Positions 1-14,879 of a DNA stretch of 64,000 nucleotides are shown here, piece by piece; the stretch's first letter is position 1, and each line of letters starts with the position of its first letter. The stretch covers positions 18,972,001-19,036,000 of the forward strand of contig OX597821.1 in assembly GCA_951406725.2 (NCBI GenBank), in the 5' to 3' direction. A program made the translations under genes and the position numbers. The notes beneath the pieces were generated by a model. That model saw only the letters and a list, made by a program, of their open reading frames with translations, did not search any database and was not told the DNA's origin. This DNA is from Octopus vulgaris (lineage: Eukaryota).

Positions 1-241
1 TATGTATGTTTGTGTATGTATGTATCTATGTATGTATGTATGTATATGTGTATGTATGTGTGTATGTATGTATGTATGTGTGTGTATGTATGTATGTATG
101 TATGTATATGTTTGTGTGTGTGTATGTATGTGTGTATGTGTGTAAGTGTGTGTGTGTATGTGTATGTATGTATGTATATGTACGCGTGTGTATGTATGTA
201 TGTATGTGTGTATGTGTGTGTATGTGTGCATAGTATGTATG

Positions 242-272
<31 letters not shown>

Positions 273-633
273 GTATGATTGTATGTGTGTATGCGTGTAT
301 GTATATATCTATGTATGTAGGTATGTGTGTATGTGTGTGTGTGTCTGTATGTATGTATGTATGTATGTGTATATGCGTGTATGTGTGTATGTGTGCGTGC
401 GCGGATGTATGTGTGTATGTGTGTGTATGTATGTATGTATGTGTGTATATGTATGTATGTATATGTATGTGTGTGTATGAGTGTATGTGTGTGTGTGTGT
501 GTATGTATGTATGCGTATATGTGTGTGTATGTATGTGTGTGTATGTATGTGTGTGTATGTATGTTTGTATGTGTGTGTGTATGTGTGTATGTATGTGTGT
601 ATGTATGTATGTATGTATGTGTGTACGTGTGTG

Positions 634-665
<32 letters not shown>

Positions 666-1310
666 CGTGTGTGTGTATATATGTATGTATGTATGTATAT
701 GTCTGTATGTGTATGTATGTATGTATGTATGTATGTATGTGTGTGTGTGTGTGTGGGTGTGTGTGTATGTGTGTATGTATATGTGCGTGTGTGTATGTAT
801 GTATGTATGTGTTTATGTATGTGTGTGTGTATGTATGTATGTGTGCATATGTATATGTGTGTGTATGTATGTATGTGTGTGTGTATGTATGTATGAATGT
901 ATGTATGTATGTATGCGTGTGTGTGTATGTTTGTATGTATGGATGTATCTATGTATGTATTATGTGTGTGTACGTAACGTATGTATGTGTGTGTGAATGT
1001 ATGCGTGTGTGGGGGGGTTGGAGTTGTGTGGGCGTAAGGTACATGCGCGTGCTTTTGTGCGTGTGTGCGCTTACGTGCGTGTATCTGTGCGTCTCAGCTA
1101 GGTGTTTATAGGTGTGTGCGTATCTGTATGAGTATTGTCCCTTGTGTGTGAGCACGGGCATGTGTGTGTGTGCGCGTGGGTGTGTGTATAGGTGTGTGGG
1201 TGGGTGTATAGGTGTGGAAGTATGTGTGCGTACATGTGCATGTACGTTGTGTGTGTGTGGTGTGTTGGGAGTAGGTGTGTTCGTGGGTACGTGAGTATGT
1301 GTGTGACTGC
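1..1310. repeat. Compound (TATG)n/(TG)n microsatellite
   Basis: Mixed TATG/TG repeats read directly; the overlapping Cys/Val/Met/Tyr ORFs are artefacts. Confidence 0.95.
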
Positions 1311-1399
1311 ATAAGGACAATTATAAAAAATAAAAAATAAAAAATATAAAATAAAAAATAAAAAATATTATATAAAAAATTAAAGATGCTAGTGGGGAG

Positions 1400-4387
1400 A
1401 AGCGGAGCGCAGTCACTAAGAGGAGGAGGCTGTGTTGAGTCCGTGTGGGGTTAGAGTCTGTAGAAGGAATATGAGCCGTTGCTCCAAGTGAAGCCTAGAT
1501 TGTGGAGAGCCGTTGTGTGGGGCAAGACCAAATACCGAGATGTCATCGGGGGAATGGCTGGCCGAGCGGAAGTGACGTGCGACGGGAGAATTGGACCGTA
1601 GACGAACATCCCTCAGATGTTCGGCGAATCGGTCTGACAACCGGCGTCCCGTCTTTCCTATATACAGCATTCAGCAGAGGTTGCATTTAATGCAGACGAG
1701 GTGCACGTAAAAGAATATCTGATACGTACAGTTCGCTGGTTGGAACCGGTGACAGCAGTGGTGTTGGTGATGAAGGGGCCGGTGTTGCAGCGGGATCTGG
1801 AGCACGGGAAGGATCCGAGTGGGGCCGAGGGGAAGAAGGGAGGGTGCTACGGACCAGGAGGTCGCGTAGATTCCGGGCTCGTTTGAAGGAGGACAGGGGT
1901 GGGTTGGGGAAAATGGGGTGGGTCGTGGAATCGAGCTGGATACGACAGAAGGCACGAAGTATCTTCCGACGATGGGGTAGAGTAGAGGGGGTGGAAAAGG
2001 AGGGGAAAAGGGGTGCGTTTGGGGGTGAGTGAGTGGAAGGAGAAAGGGTGAGGCGTTCAAGACCGGGGTAGGTGGGTATCCTCGAAGCCTGAACAGGCGG
2101 GCCAGGTATTGAGACTGGGTTTCGAAATCCTGGTCGCGGCTGCACAAGCGTCGGAGGCAGAGGAACTGGGAGTAGGGGATGGCCCGTTTGGTGTGGAAGG
2201 GATGGGAGGAGGAGAAGTTGAGATAGATGTGGGAATCCGTGGGTTTGAAGAAGGCGGAGGTGGTGAGAGAGTGGGAGGGGTGGTCGATGCTGAGTGAGAT
2301 ATCAAGGAAGTTAACGGAAGTATTGGATATGGTGGAAGTGAATTGTAGAGAGGGGTGGAAGTGAATTGTAGAGAGGGGTGGAAGTTAGAGAGGAAAGAGA
2401 TGAAGTGGCAGAGTTGTTCGCGGGAAAGGCAGGTGGCGCCTATACAGTCGTCTATGTAACGACCGTATTGTTCTGGGGTCGGCCCGGAGAATTGGGAGAA
2501 TACTTGGGCCTCAATGTAGCCAACAAAGAGATTGGCGAAATTGGGGCCCATTCTCGTTCCCATCGCGACCCCAGACCCTTGTTGGTACGTTTCCCCGGCG
2601 GACGTGAAACAGTTTAGGACGAGCTCTGCCAGGCGGAGAAGGGTGGGGGTGCTAGGGGTGGGGTCAGGACAACGGTCGAGGAAGTGTTGGAGAGCTAGGA
2701 GACCGTCGTTGTGGGGAATTACCGTATACAGGGATTGATGTCAAGTGTGAAGAGGAGGTGTGAGGGGCTGGAAGGGAAGGAAAAGGAATTGAAGAGACGG
2801 AAGGCGTGGTTGGTATCATGTATGTGGGAAGGGAGGGCTTTGACTAAGGGGGACAGGATGCGGTCGAGGTATAGTGAAATGTGTTCAGTTGAGCAATTAC
2901 AGGCGGAAACGATGGGGCGGCCAGGGTTATTGGGCTTATGAATTTTGGGAAGGAAATAGATGGTGGAGGTGCGGGGTGTGCAAACGATGAGGTTGGTGGC
3001 GGGGAGGAGAGCAGAAGAGGAGATAAGTTCGCGGATGGTGGAGGACACTCGCTGTTGGTAGGAAGAGGTGGGATCAGAGGGGAGGAGGCGATAGAAGAGG
3101 GGATTTTGAAGCTGGCTGAGCGCTTCCTCCCTGTAGAGATCCACACCACCACTGCTCCGCCTTTGTCCGCCGGTTTGATGACAATGTCATTGAGGCGACG
3201 GAGGTGGCGAAGGGCAACCAATTCAGCCTGTGTGAGGTTGTCTCGGAAAGGTCTTTTTTTAAAGTTAAACCGGTTTACCAACACGTTGCAGACGTTCACA
3301 AACGAATCTAGGCTACTGAATTGGCCCGGTGGCGGCGTCCAGTTGGATGGGCGGCGCCCCAGCTCCAAAAAGCAATCCTGATTGTCGTGACGCTGCGGAG
3401 ACGCGTGGAAGAAGGCGCAAAGTTTGAGGCGGCGCAGGAACTGGTTGACGTCCGTCCGAGTCTCGAATTCGTCACAGTGGCGCGTGAGAGGCGTGAAGCG
3501 GAGTCCCTTACTGAGGAGAGAGCGCTTGGCAGCGGAGAGGGGAAGATTGAGGGGTATAGTGACAACAGTGCGAGGAAGCAGGGTGGTGGGATGAGTGGGG
3601 TCAGGAAGAGGGGGTGCAGAGGTGTGGGGAGGAGATTTGGGGTGGTTGGGTGAAGATGGGGTAGGCGTAGAAAGGTCAGGGTGGGGTGTGTGTTGGTCCG
3701 TGGAGGGGGAAGGGGGACGGGTGGAGAGAGTCGGGGGAGCTGGAGCGGAGGATGTGGAGGAGAGGGGAGGGGAATGAGGTGAAGGGTTGAGAAGGTGGTG
3801 GAGTTTTTTGTTTTTTGTGTGTGTGAGGAAATTGTGAAGCTGGTGGGTGAGATTAAGAATGAAGCGGAGAATAGGTTGGGTGAAGAGTGGAGGGCAGAGG
3901 GAGGAGAGAAGGAGGTAAGCTTGGGGAAGTTGGTGGTCAAAGGAGTGAAGGAGAGAGCGGGTGGAACGGATGGTAGCACGGATGAGGAGGCGGGAAGTGC
4001 GGGCGAGGGTGGTTTCGATGAAGGGGAGGAATAGGGGGTGGCGTGGAACTTCAAGAGGAAGCCACGGGGTGTGACGTGATAGCGGAGGCAACGGCTGAGG
4101 AAGGAGAGATGGCTAGAGTGGCGAGTTTTTTTAAAAAGTGAGAAAGTTTTTTTGCGGGTTGTAAGCATTGGGGGAGGGGGAAGCGAGAAAGCGGCTAAGA
4201 AGGGATTGAAGGTGTTGGACGAACGAGTGCAAGTCAGGCATGTTGGGAATGTGTATGTGAATGTGTATGTGAATGTGTATGTAGGTGTAAGTGGTGGTGA
4301 CACAAGTGGAAGAATGGAGGTGGAAGAAGAAAGGTAAAGAAGGAAAAGTACGGGAAGATAAGTTCAGGAAAAAAGTTCAGGAGAAAG

Positions 4388-4388
<1 letters not shown>
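1400..4388 (-). mobile_element. Penelope-like retroelement, probably Neptune clade; near full-length, frameshifted RT plus GIY-YIG ORF
   Basis: Minus-strand fragments in the expected order: HLSFLSRCLRYHVTPRG, LLSKGLRFTP, DIVIKPADKGGAVVVW, YFLPKIHKPNNPGRPIVS, MGTRMGPNFANLF...RYIDD, a Cys-rich linker (PCSRSRC), then GIY-YIG LYIGKTGRRLSDRFAEH...LIFLLQTLTPHGLN (1416-1670). Several frameshifts and a 21-bp internal duplication near 2331-2383. Confidence 0.9.
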
Positions 4389-4434
<46 letters not shown>

Positions 4435-5023
4435 TATATGAGTGTGTGTGTGTGTGTGTATTTTGTGCGTGTAACTTTGCATGCTAAGCTATGTGTCAGC
4501 TATGTGCGTTTGTATATATGTTCATAATTGATTGAATACCTACATACGTGTACTACCGTGTATGTTATGTTTTATCATAGGCATCTCTGTTTTTAAAAAA
4601 ATCGCAGAAAAATGGTCTGAATTGCGTGCATTTTCCGTTCAACTAAAAACCACTCGAAAAACGGTAACACTAAGATGAATGTATCACATTGATAACGTTG
4701 ATAATGGTGAAGACGGATTTTATAAAATAGATAAGTAACACAATAAAAGAAAGACATAAATTGCAAGTAGAAATAAGAAAACATAATTATACCAAAAATA
4801 TTAAATATCCCATTCCACACACATACATATGAAAAAAATTAAATGGTTTTATAAATTATTTAGAGAATATGAAAGAGATTAATATTTCAAGAGAAATTCA
4901 TGAAAAATGGAATACAAAAATCTTTCAGTGAGTTTTAATTCAGGTTTGTGATTCCCAAGATGATTAACTGAATAGAACAAGATTATTAAACTGATATACA
5001 TACATGGATACATACATGCATAC

Positions 5024-5076
<53 letters not shown>

Positions 5077-5779
5077 CGTACATACATACATACATAAGTA
5101 TACACACACACACACACATATATAGTAAATGAAAGATGGAAGATGGAACATAGGATAATTTCTATTATTAATCACGACAATTGTTTCGACACATCTAGCA
5201 TCGATCCCTCACGAGTGGGATACTTAACAACTGGTTCAGGAGCATCACGCGGTTCAGATGTGCCTCAAATGGTGATAAATAGATACAACGCGTTAAAATA
5301 AAAGTTCTGCAATGTATCTTCTCATTTCGTAGAAAGAAAAGCAGCAAGATTAAGGAAATATCTTCATTTATATAAAAGATCAAATATATATATATATATA
5401 TATATGTGTGTATGCCTGTGTGTATGTGTGTGTGTGTGTCTGTGTGTATGTATCTCTATGTATAAAAGGCAGGATGTGTGTGTGTATGTGTGTGTGTGTA
5501 CGTGAATATAATTTATGCACTTCCTCAAATTAGCTCACATGTCGCTCCAATTTTGGGAGCACATTCATCATGATTCTAACTGTATTTTCGTTAAATATAT
5601 ATATATATACATACATACATACATACATACATACATACACACATAAATACACACACATACATACAATTATACACATGTATACTCATTAATACGCACATAT
5701 ACATATGAGTGTATGTGTGTGATTGTGTGTGAGTAAGTATGCGTATACACTGACCTAGCTATGATACATCTGTAATAGT

Positions 5780-7150
5780 TTAATAAGGAATTGTGAAAAA
5801 TGTTTTCACAAAACTTTAAAAACGAGCACTGGAAGAAAAACTCGACTGGGGGAGGCTGCGTCTTCTCCGTGACTGAGAGATTCGCCTCCCCTCCCTCATC
5901 CCCAAGATCCTTCGGTGAGCACCCATTATTGCTATCCTTCTTCCTTTTGCGGCTCTTCTTTGAGGAGTCCCCCGTCTTTTCGGCCGCATTCATTCCCTCC
6001 TCTACAGAGGCCTCCGTCAACCGCTCCGGAACTTTTGCTTTGCCCTTGAGAACAGTTCTTTTTTATATGGCCAGGCTTCAAGCACCGATGACACTTGGGT
6101 GGGGGCGTCTCTCAAGAATTACTGGATACTTAGACCCGGCCATTTTCAAAAAGTCTGGAAATACCAGACTTTCGGCTGACTGGGTTTATAGGGTCAAAAC
6201 AGCTTTTGACCCCTCCCAGTCAGCCACAGGCAGAATATTTACACTGAGGAGCTTGGTGCTACTGTCACCCCTACCCCGGCGGATAATATCTCCTATACAC
6301 TGGGGCTCAACTCCGGGTTGCAAGCTGCGAACCCAAGCCCTCGTCAAACTCTTCCCACAATAAATGGGAAGAAACAAAATTTCATTGCCCTCCAGGGGTT
6401 GACTTGCAAATTCACAGGCCACTTCTAGGGAGTCAAAACAGCAACCACACGGTTGTGTATTTGAACCCCCGAGTAATAAACTTAATCACTGGCTTAAATT
6501 CTGCCAGCTCTCTTTCGATTATATCCTTTCTGAAAACGGCAATGGCGTCGAAGGTCCTAGGGTAGGTCTTCGAAACCACCGTCTTACTTTCAAGTTCTTT
6601 TAACCATTTTGTGGTGTAATTTCCCACCCCACCAACTTTTTATTGTTATTTGCCATGTTTTTTAAAAGAATCCAAAAATACAGTTCTTAAAATATAAAAT
6701 AATTAAAGAAAAATTAAATAATTAAAGAACGAGGAAAAAAGTCCAAACAAAAGGAAGGAGAGAGAAAAACATTAACAGTTCAATAAATTTTTTTTAATCA
6801 AAGAGAGAAGAAGAGAAAGCAACAGTTCAAAACACAGCAAAGGCCACTTGGTACTCCAGGCCAAAATTTAACACAATTGTAAAACAGTTAAAAAATCATT
6901 CCAATTTTCTTCTAGGTACTCCTTAACAGGAACAGCACTATTTTCAAACAAAAATTTTGGCAGGATACGCCCACCAAACCAATAATTTTCACAATTAAGT
7001 GAATAATATTTTCACTCAGCCTCAGGCAGACTAGAGTCTAGTGAGAACTTCTTGTTTGTAAAAATAATTTGCGACATACAACAGATCTCCACTAGACACC
7101 CAAAATTCTTAACTTACGGCTGAGTTTCAAAAGTCTTCAATTTAAGAAGG
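5780..7150 (-). mobile_element. Degenerate ORF1 region of a Tx1/L1-like LINE
   Basis: ORFs 6433-6627 and 6186-6422 (EFASQPLEGNEILFLPIYCGKSLTRAWV) resemble ORF1 at 59538-60101 (RRFSTLTLHSDELTLTPSCRGQKVTKITL), which is linked to an APE endonuclease. Boundaries approximate. Confidence 0.55.
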
Positions 7151-7429
7151 CTTTCAAAAACATGTCTTAAATCTTCACTGTCAAACACATGCGCAATGAG
7201 GTAAGCAAGCTACTTACCACACAGCCACTCCCGCGCCTATCACAGCCACTGTCTGCGATGAGTAAATTGTCGCCATTTTATATTTTTCTTATTTCATTCA
7301 TGCGCATTTTTCGTTTTTGATTTTGCCGCCCACACAGTATAGTAGGGTTCGTTGGGCGTTGTCTGTGAGAAAAACTGTACCATGACGCAATTCTCTCTGT
7401 CAGAAATTTGGAAACAACAAGCTGTACTT

Positions 7430-7900
7430 CTTGGTATGTAGTACTTCTAGTGATGGCAACCTTATGCCACCATACATCTTCCCACACGGCCTTTGACTCA
7501 AAACAGGCCTACATCAAGTGCCTGAACGAGGTAGTGCTACCCTCGGTTAAGAGGGTGGCAACGAGACTCTGCACAAGGACTCTGTCGCACAACAGGACTC
7601 TGCACCATGCCATAAAAGCAAGAGAACCCAGCCATGGCTGTCAGACAATTTCTGAGACCACATCCCCCCTAACATCTGGTTACCTAACTCCCCAGACTGT
7701 AAAACCCTTGATTATTAAGTATGGGTCGCAGTTGAGTGAGAGACAACAAAACTCCTTGTAACACTAAACTTGAACTGAAGGCGAGGATTATGGCAGCATT
7801 CACCAACTTAAACAAAGAGATTGTCCAGAAGAGTTGGAGCAGATTCCGAAGCCGTCTGGTGATTTTATTGCAAAATTCTAATGTGATATTTGAATAATAG
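7430..7900 (+). mobile_element. Tc1/mariner superfamily (maT-like) transposase relic
   Basis: Degenerate QQDSAPCH and WxPNSPDCxPLDY-VW motifs; homologous to 34546-35045. Confidence 0.75.
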
Positions 7901-8493
7901 CGAAATGAAATCTGGAGTGTGTGTCTGTGTATTACTTATATTAGAGAGACAGTGTGTGTTTATATTAGAGAACCAGTGTGTGTATGAGAGAGAGAACATT
8001 GCAAGCAATGAATGAAATTAACATGAAATGAAAAAAATCGTATAAATAAAAGCTCTTTAAAAACTATCTTCCACCGAATATTTGAATTTGTGAACTTGGA
8101 ATATTCAATATTAAAAGGAAGTTCAGAAAGTAAAATTTGTTGAAAATTTCAATTTATAAAAAAAAATCTTCCTTACTTAGTAAATATTTCTTTCAGTAAT
8201 TTATCATAGTTTGCAAATAGCAAAAAAAAAACTTGAAATGAAAACATTAAGATAGAGAGTGAGAGGCTTCGCAAATGAAAACGGAAAATATCGCCTGCAA
8301 CGAATCATCATTGATGCTACATTAAATCCGGAAGTTGACATCGAGAAGGCTTTTTAAAGAAGTGAATCGTGTACGTAGGGCAATATTATTTGTTTTTAAT
8401 GAAAAAATTCAATGAGGTATCTGAAGTTAAATTATTCATGCATCCTAAGTATGGAACCAATTCGCGCAGCCATTTTCGCGGGAAAAGTGAATA

Positions 8494-8539
<46 letters not shown>

Positions 8540-9573
8540 CACACACACAAACTCTGTCTCTCTATCTCACTTTCTCAGACACCACACCGAAACTGGTTCA
8601 ATTAGACCCTTTCTCCAACACCAATCTAAGCGTCAAATCCTTCGACTGTATTCTATACAATCATCACGAATATGATCCGAATTATCAGAACTTCTATCAT
8701 CATCATCATCATCATCATCTTTTAGCGTTTTTTCCTGAGTTGGTTTGCTTATTGTTTTCTATACCGCTAATTTTACTGAATCCAATTGACGAATATGTCA
8801 GAAACATCTCCATTGAAGACGAAGTACAAGCAGAAAACTAGAAACATTGTTTCCGCCATTACGAAGATGGATGCTACCTTTAGTGCGTTGTCGATGCACG
8901 CTTTTTTCGTTATTATTTTCTTCATTTCGTCACATTTTAGTTGATACTCCTTGGAGAATTTTGTACTCAAGTTTTATATGAATTTTTCGTCAAACAATGT
9001 TGAGGTTTTTCCACGATGAATTCTTGTTTATGAAAACTACAACACAGCAAAATATAGAACATACTAACATATAATCTGAAAGAATATTTTCTTTCCCATT
9101 CTTTCTACAAATAGCTTTTCTATAAATTCGATTCCTGCTGCCCCTTTGAGGATAATCTTTCATGAAAATATCTTAAAGCAACATTTTGTTGCGATGTACT
9201 TACGTACAAATATCAATAGTGTCTTTATACGCATCGATACATATACATATGTATATTACAACATATGCAATATATTGGGGTATAAACTGCGGCAACTAAC
9301 ATAAACACACACATACACACACATAAATGCACACACATACGTACACGCACACACGAGCATACACATATCTCTCTCTATCTCTCTAACTGTCTGCCTGTCT
9401 GCCCGCCTATCAGTCTGCCTGTCTGTCTATTTATCTACACACACACACACACACACATACACACATATATATATACACACATATATATATATATATTTCT
9501 GTATATATATGTATATACGTACGTATATGCGTGTGTATACACTTATGCACTCACGTGTGTGTTTATTTATATG

Positions 9574-9631
<58 letters not shown>

Positions 9632-9794
9632 CATATACATATATTCACGTATAAAGTCGTTCATTGACATTCATATATATGTAGAGAAAGATAGATTTAA
9701 GTAGATAGATGTTTTGTTATCGAAATAAATATGTGTCAATAGAAAATTATAAAAGTATACATGCATGCAGGTATATAATATCTCCATACACACA

Positions 9795-9885
<91 letters not shown>

Positions 9886-10225
9886 CATATATATATATGC
9901 ACACAAACACGCTTGCACGTAAAAATGGAGACTCAGCACACATACACTCATTCACACGCACACATATATGTACATACTCATAAAATAATTCCTCTATGTA
10001 TGTATATGTCTGTGTGCACTGGCATATGTGAATGTGTCAAAATATGAGAGTATTTGTGTTTGTGCGTGCCTTGTGTGTGTGTTTGCTGTATACGTCTAGA
10101 AACAAATCGCAGTATTTCAATATCTATTTAAGTAATAACACGTGCGCAGACATACACTTACACACTCTTGCAGATGCACATTGAGACTCACATGTACACG
10201 TACACACAAGCAGGCACACACAAAC

Positions 10226-10258
<33 letters not shown>

Positions 10259-10870
10259 GATGCAATACACACTTGCACACACAAATACACACAACATGAA
10301 CGGTTTTGAAAAATTCTTTTAAAATTACAAGAAAAACATATAGAGAATGTCAATAGAAAATACAGAATCCAAGAAAAAGGCATTACGTAAATTTATATAA
10401 CGCAATAAGTGTATACAATACACGGAATAGAATGAATAGGATATAATGTCTATACATTGGTATTTTCATAAATTGAAGAACTGTCTGCCTGGGCCATGGA
10501 GATCGAAATATCAACAACTGCAGGATATAGACTTTCAATGACCATTCCTTTTGGAATGGTCCGTGTAAACTTTGTGTTCTGATTGCTAATTTACGATTAT
10601 GTCAATATTCAGAAAAAGATCAAGATTTGGTAATAAATATGTAGTGAATATGATGATATCAGGAAGCAAAGAGATCGACATGTCTCTATGTTCTGAATGA
10701 CTGAGGAGTAAGTTCTAGCAACTCGAACGCCTATGCACAAAACCCCTTCGTCTAGCTGTTTGGTATGTGGGTACGAAACGCCAGTTTGTTTTAGGTGAAG
10801 CTAGCTTTACTAGTATCAACTGGGCTATCAACTCACTCTCTCACACATACATGAATATATATATATATAT

Positions 10871-10937
<67 letters not shown>

Positions 10938-11914
10938 CATATTCATGCATGCGCAACTAGCTTCGAGGACCCATATTATCGTTGAATGCTAGAAATGAGG
11001 TGCAGATAGACAGCCGGCAACTGATCAAGTGTCGTTCTTTGTGCAACTTGTCCTGCTTTCCATTCTTTTCTCTTATTTTTTTGTGTATTTAAATCGTTTG
11101 TTTTTCGTACTCCATGTTGTTTAGAGATGGTGACGTTCTGTGCCCATATATGCACACACACACACACACACACATACATATATATGTTTGTGTGTGTGTG
11201 TGTGTGCATATATGTGTATATATATATATATATAAATACATACACACCCACATACACACACACACACACTCGTACGCACGCGTGTTCGTCGGTGTGTGTA
11301 TGAAAGGATAGACAGACAGGCAGATACATATGTCTATACAAACATGTAAAACCATATGTATGTACATATATGTACATACATATAGGTATATACGTATAGG
11401 TGCGGCTGTGTGGTAAGATGTTTGCTTCTCAAACGCATGGTTCAGTCCCACATAGAACACCAAGCTACACTACACAAAATCATTGCATTGCGCTTTGTTT
11501 CCCCTTGTACAATACCGCAACACTCGTTATACATGGCATTAAACTTGTTCGTATTCATTCAATTTGCTAGAAGTAGAAGCCTATACTCTCTTATTTCACA
11601 GCTAACTGCCTTAGAAACGGGAACAACATTTTAGATAATGTAGTTTATAGGAACACCTAGGAAGTCGGGATGGTTAAGAATGGGATGTCTTCAATCATAG
11701 GTTTGTTCGATCAGGTCTTGTTCAATCAGGAATCAAGTAACTCTGTCGCCACCATATTGCCATCACCAAAACTGCACCCACATTAAAAGCAGCACCAGCA
11801 CAAGAACTGTCACCACCACCAATAATACGACTAGTACTACCACTGCCATGAACACCTGAGACACTGCCATCAACAACAGCAGCAATAATAACACTTCAAC
11901 CATTAAAGTGCTTT

Positions 11915-12185
11915 AAATTTTGGCAGAAGGCTAGAAATTTCGGTGAAGGGTAGTTATTTTATCGATAATAATAATTTCAAATTTTTCCACAAGGGCAGTA
12001 ATTTTTTGGGGTGGGTGGGGTGGGGTGGAGCAAGAGTTGATTACTTCGACCCCAGTGTTCAACTTGTACTTCTTTTATCTATTCTGGAAGGATGAAAGGT
12101 GAAGACGACGATCTCGGCGGAATTTGAACTCAGAACATAAAGACGCGCAAATTGACTCCGGCACGTTAACTATTTTGCCAGCTGT
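11915..12185 (-). mobile_element. SINE with Nin/Deu-like central domain (degenerate)
   Basis: Reverse complement contains gttctgagttcaaattccgccgag...cctttcatccttcc...aagtac, a motif shared by many copies in the window. Confidence 0.7.
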
Positions 12186-14190
12186 CTGTCACACCACAAC
12201 CACCAATATTACCACTACTACCATCACATGACTACCACCACTACCGACAATCATCAACAACAACTACATCAATGCAAAACTACTGCAGCCACACCCCCAC
12301 TCCTCACCACCATTCCCACACCCCTACCACCATCGCCAACAACAGCAACATCGACAATACATCTTTCATGAATACAATATCACCACCGCCATTACCAACA
12401 TCAACACCGCTACTACTCCAGCCAACAAACCACCATCACCACCACCACCACCACCTCCTCCCCCTCTCATCCCTCCTCCTCTCCCTCCTCCTCGTCCTTT
12501 TCCACCCCGACAGTGGCAACAACCTACACATTGCAGCCCTCATAGTCAACATTAGCGACAAGATCAAACTGTATAACAACATCACAGCATAACAATGTAT
12601 GATTGTATGGCCAGCATAAATAATAATGGACTGGGCTACAACAACAACAACAACAACAAGAATAACAACAACAACTATAACAACAACAACAGCAGCTGTA
12701 GCAGCATCGACAACAAGTTCAAGAACAACATCAGTAACGGTAAAAATAAAAAAACCAAGAACAATAACATCAGTCAAAAAAATGCTATTACTTCGACTAC
12801 AAAACTTTTCTGTTCCTTTTAGCATATTTTCACCACTACCGTCGCCGCTATCACCTCCTACATAACAACAACGGCTACCACTACCATAGTTTGTACATTA
12901 ACTTCTAACTACAGCTTCCCTGTTTGTCCAGAGAGCAAGAGACAGAGAAGAGAGACACAGAAAGAAAGGTGAGAGAGATAGAGAGAGTCATGAAGAAAGA
13001 TAGAGGAAGAGAAGGAGAATGAAGAAGAGAGAATGCGAGAGAGGTTGATAGAGTACAATAAACAATAGGTTCTGAATCCATCCTGTGATTATGTTGACAA
13101 GAGAAAATCGCTCTTCCAAATTAGAGATTCATAAAGTTTATAGTCGTTCTTTTGTCACCATCTAATTGCAATTAGCTCCAAATTGTTTCCCTCTATTCAA
13201 GCTATTTGCTTTAACCATGAGTTAGCCCTGTACCGTACATTAAGTCTGCATAGTTTAGCATCTAAAGAAAACCGCTCTCTATCATTCCCTCATCTTCTCT
13301 CGCTCCCTCTCTTTTTTGCTGGCCTTCCTAATGGACATTCTGTAGGGTTTTTAATGCTTTTTATTGGAAGTAGCGATCGTAAATAAATCAAATAAAAAGA
13401 AAATATAAATAAAAACAAAATTTTAAATCAAATAAAGCCAAGCGAAATCAATCGATACTATAGATCAATACCATAAATCGTTTTGTAATCTAACGCTATA
13501 ATTCTTCCTACACCACTCCTTACTGATTACTTGGGTGAGAGGAGATCTGATAAAGACACAGAATAAACAAGGTCCCTGGTTCTAGTTTCAATAACGGCCA
13601 CACAAAACAACTCTCATGAAACCTCAGATAATCTGATAGCAAATGCGTATAACACTGTGAATCCGCAAGCCCTGTCCATTGTCCACTGTCCACTGTCCCT
13701 GTAAGCACTTTCTATTTAAATATTAAGAGGTACCGATAGTTAGTACTGTATATCTATTTGTAAATTTATTACCAGAATAAAGCAAAGTTTGACAAACTAG
13801 CGATTAGTGTACTGATAACGCACACTACATCTAGCATTAAAATGATGTTGGAGATGAGATAAAGAACCGCTATAACTAAATGAAGTAGCCTGGTGCGTTT
13901 AATAGGAATAGTCGTAAATAGGTACCGCATATATGCTCTGTCTAACTATGAGGTATAGAAACACTCCCATTAGTAGGTACTTTACGAATAACTGTAAAGA
14001 TACAGCACAAATAAAAACAGCATGTGATGTTATAAACTATATACTAATGAGTTGGTCAGTCCTAGCAAAGGCACATCCACATCATAGAAACAAGTGAATC
14101 TCGGAAATATTATCGAATAATGGGATCATGACAATCTTGTTTCCTTCAAACGAAAGAACAAGGAGAATAACTCCGCTTGTAGGCGCATAT

Positions 14191-14572
14191 GGAAGCACTC
14201 CGTCGGTTACGACGACGAGGGTTCCGGTTGATCCGATCAACGGAACAGCCTGCTCGTGAAATTAACGTGTAAGTGACTGAGCATTCCACAGACACGTGTA
14301 CCCTTAACGTAGTTCTCGGGGATATTCAGTGTGACACAGAGAGTGACAAGGCCGGCCCTTTGAAATACAGGTACAACAGAAACAGGAAGTAAGAATGAGA
14401 GAAAGTTGTGGTGAAAGAGTACAGCAGGGATCACCACCATCCCTGCCGGAGCCTCATGGAGCTTTAGGTGTTTTCGCTCAATAAACACTCACAACGCCCG
14501 GTCTGGGAATCGAAACCGCGATCCTACGACTGCGAGTCCGCTGCCCTAACCACTGGGCCATTGCGCCTCCAC
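14191..14572 (-). mobile_element. tRNA-derived SINE (octopus OK/OR-like head) with target-site duplication
   Basis: Head ggaggcgcaatggcccagtggttagggcagc...ggtttcgattccc carries A/B boxes; near-identical to 17965-18349; flanked by gtaggcgc(a/t)tat on both sides. Confidence 0.85.
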
Positions 14573-14879
14573 GTAGGCGCTTATATATGTATATGTATAT
14601 GTGGGTTTGCATGCTCGTTTTTCGGGGATTTTTCTACCACCTGACAAGTGATGCTGGTTTGTTAACGTCAGTGTAAGATAGCGGATTGACAAGAGTGACC
14701 GATAGAATATCTGTCAGACTTTAAAAAGATTAAGTAACGCAGCGATTGGATCGAATAAACATTTGAAGGCGGTGCCCCAGTATGACGACTGTCTATGTCG
14801 GAACCAAATAAAAGAATTAAAGAATAAAACAATATGAAGAGAATATTCTACCTGACCCTTTCTTAAAAAGTAAACAACA

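Noticed and set aside
1-1320. Long Cys/Val/Met/Tyr ORFs (up to 321 aa)
   Set aside because: Translations of TATG/TG microsatellite, open in several frames; the same applies to the poly-IY, poly-T, poly-L, poly-N and SIYL ORFs elsewhere.
8773-9060. Possible host exon (65-aa ORF, upstream ttgtag acceptor)
   Set aside because: All frames from the acceptor hit stops; no recognisable homology.
13520-13708. Possible exon ending at a gtaagc donor
   Set aside because: No convincing acceptor, long frame or recognisable protein.
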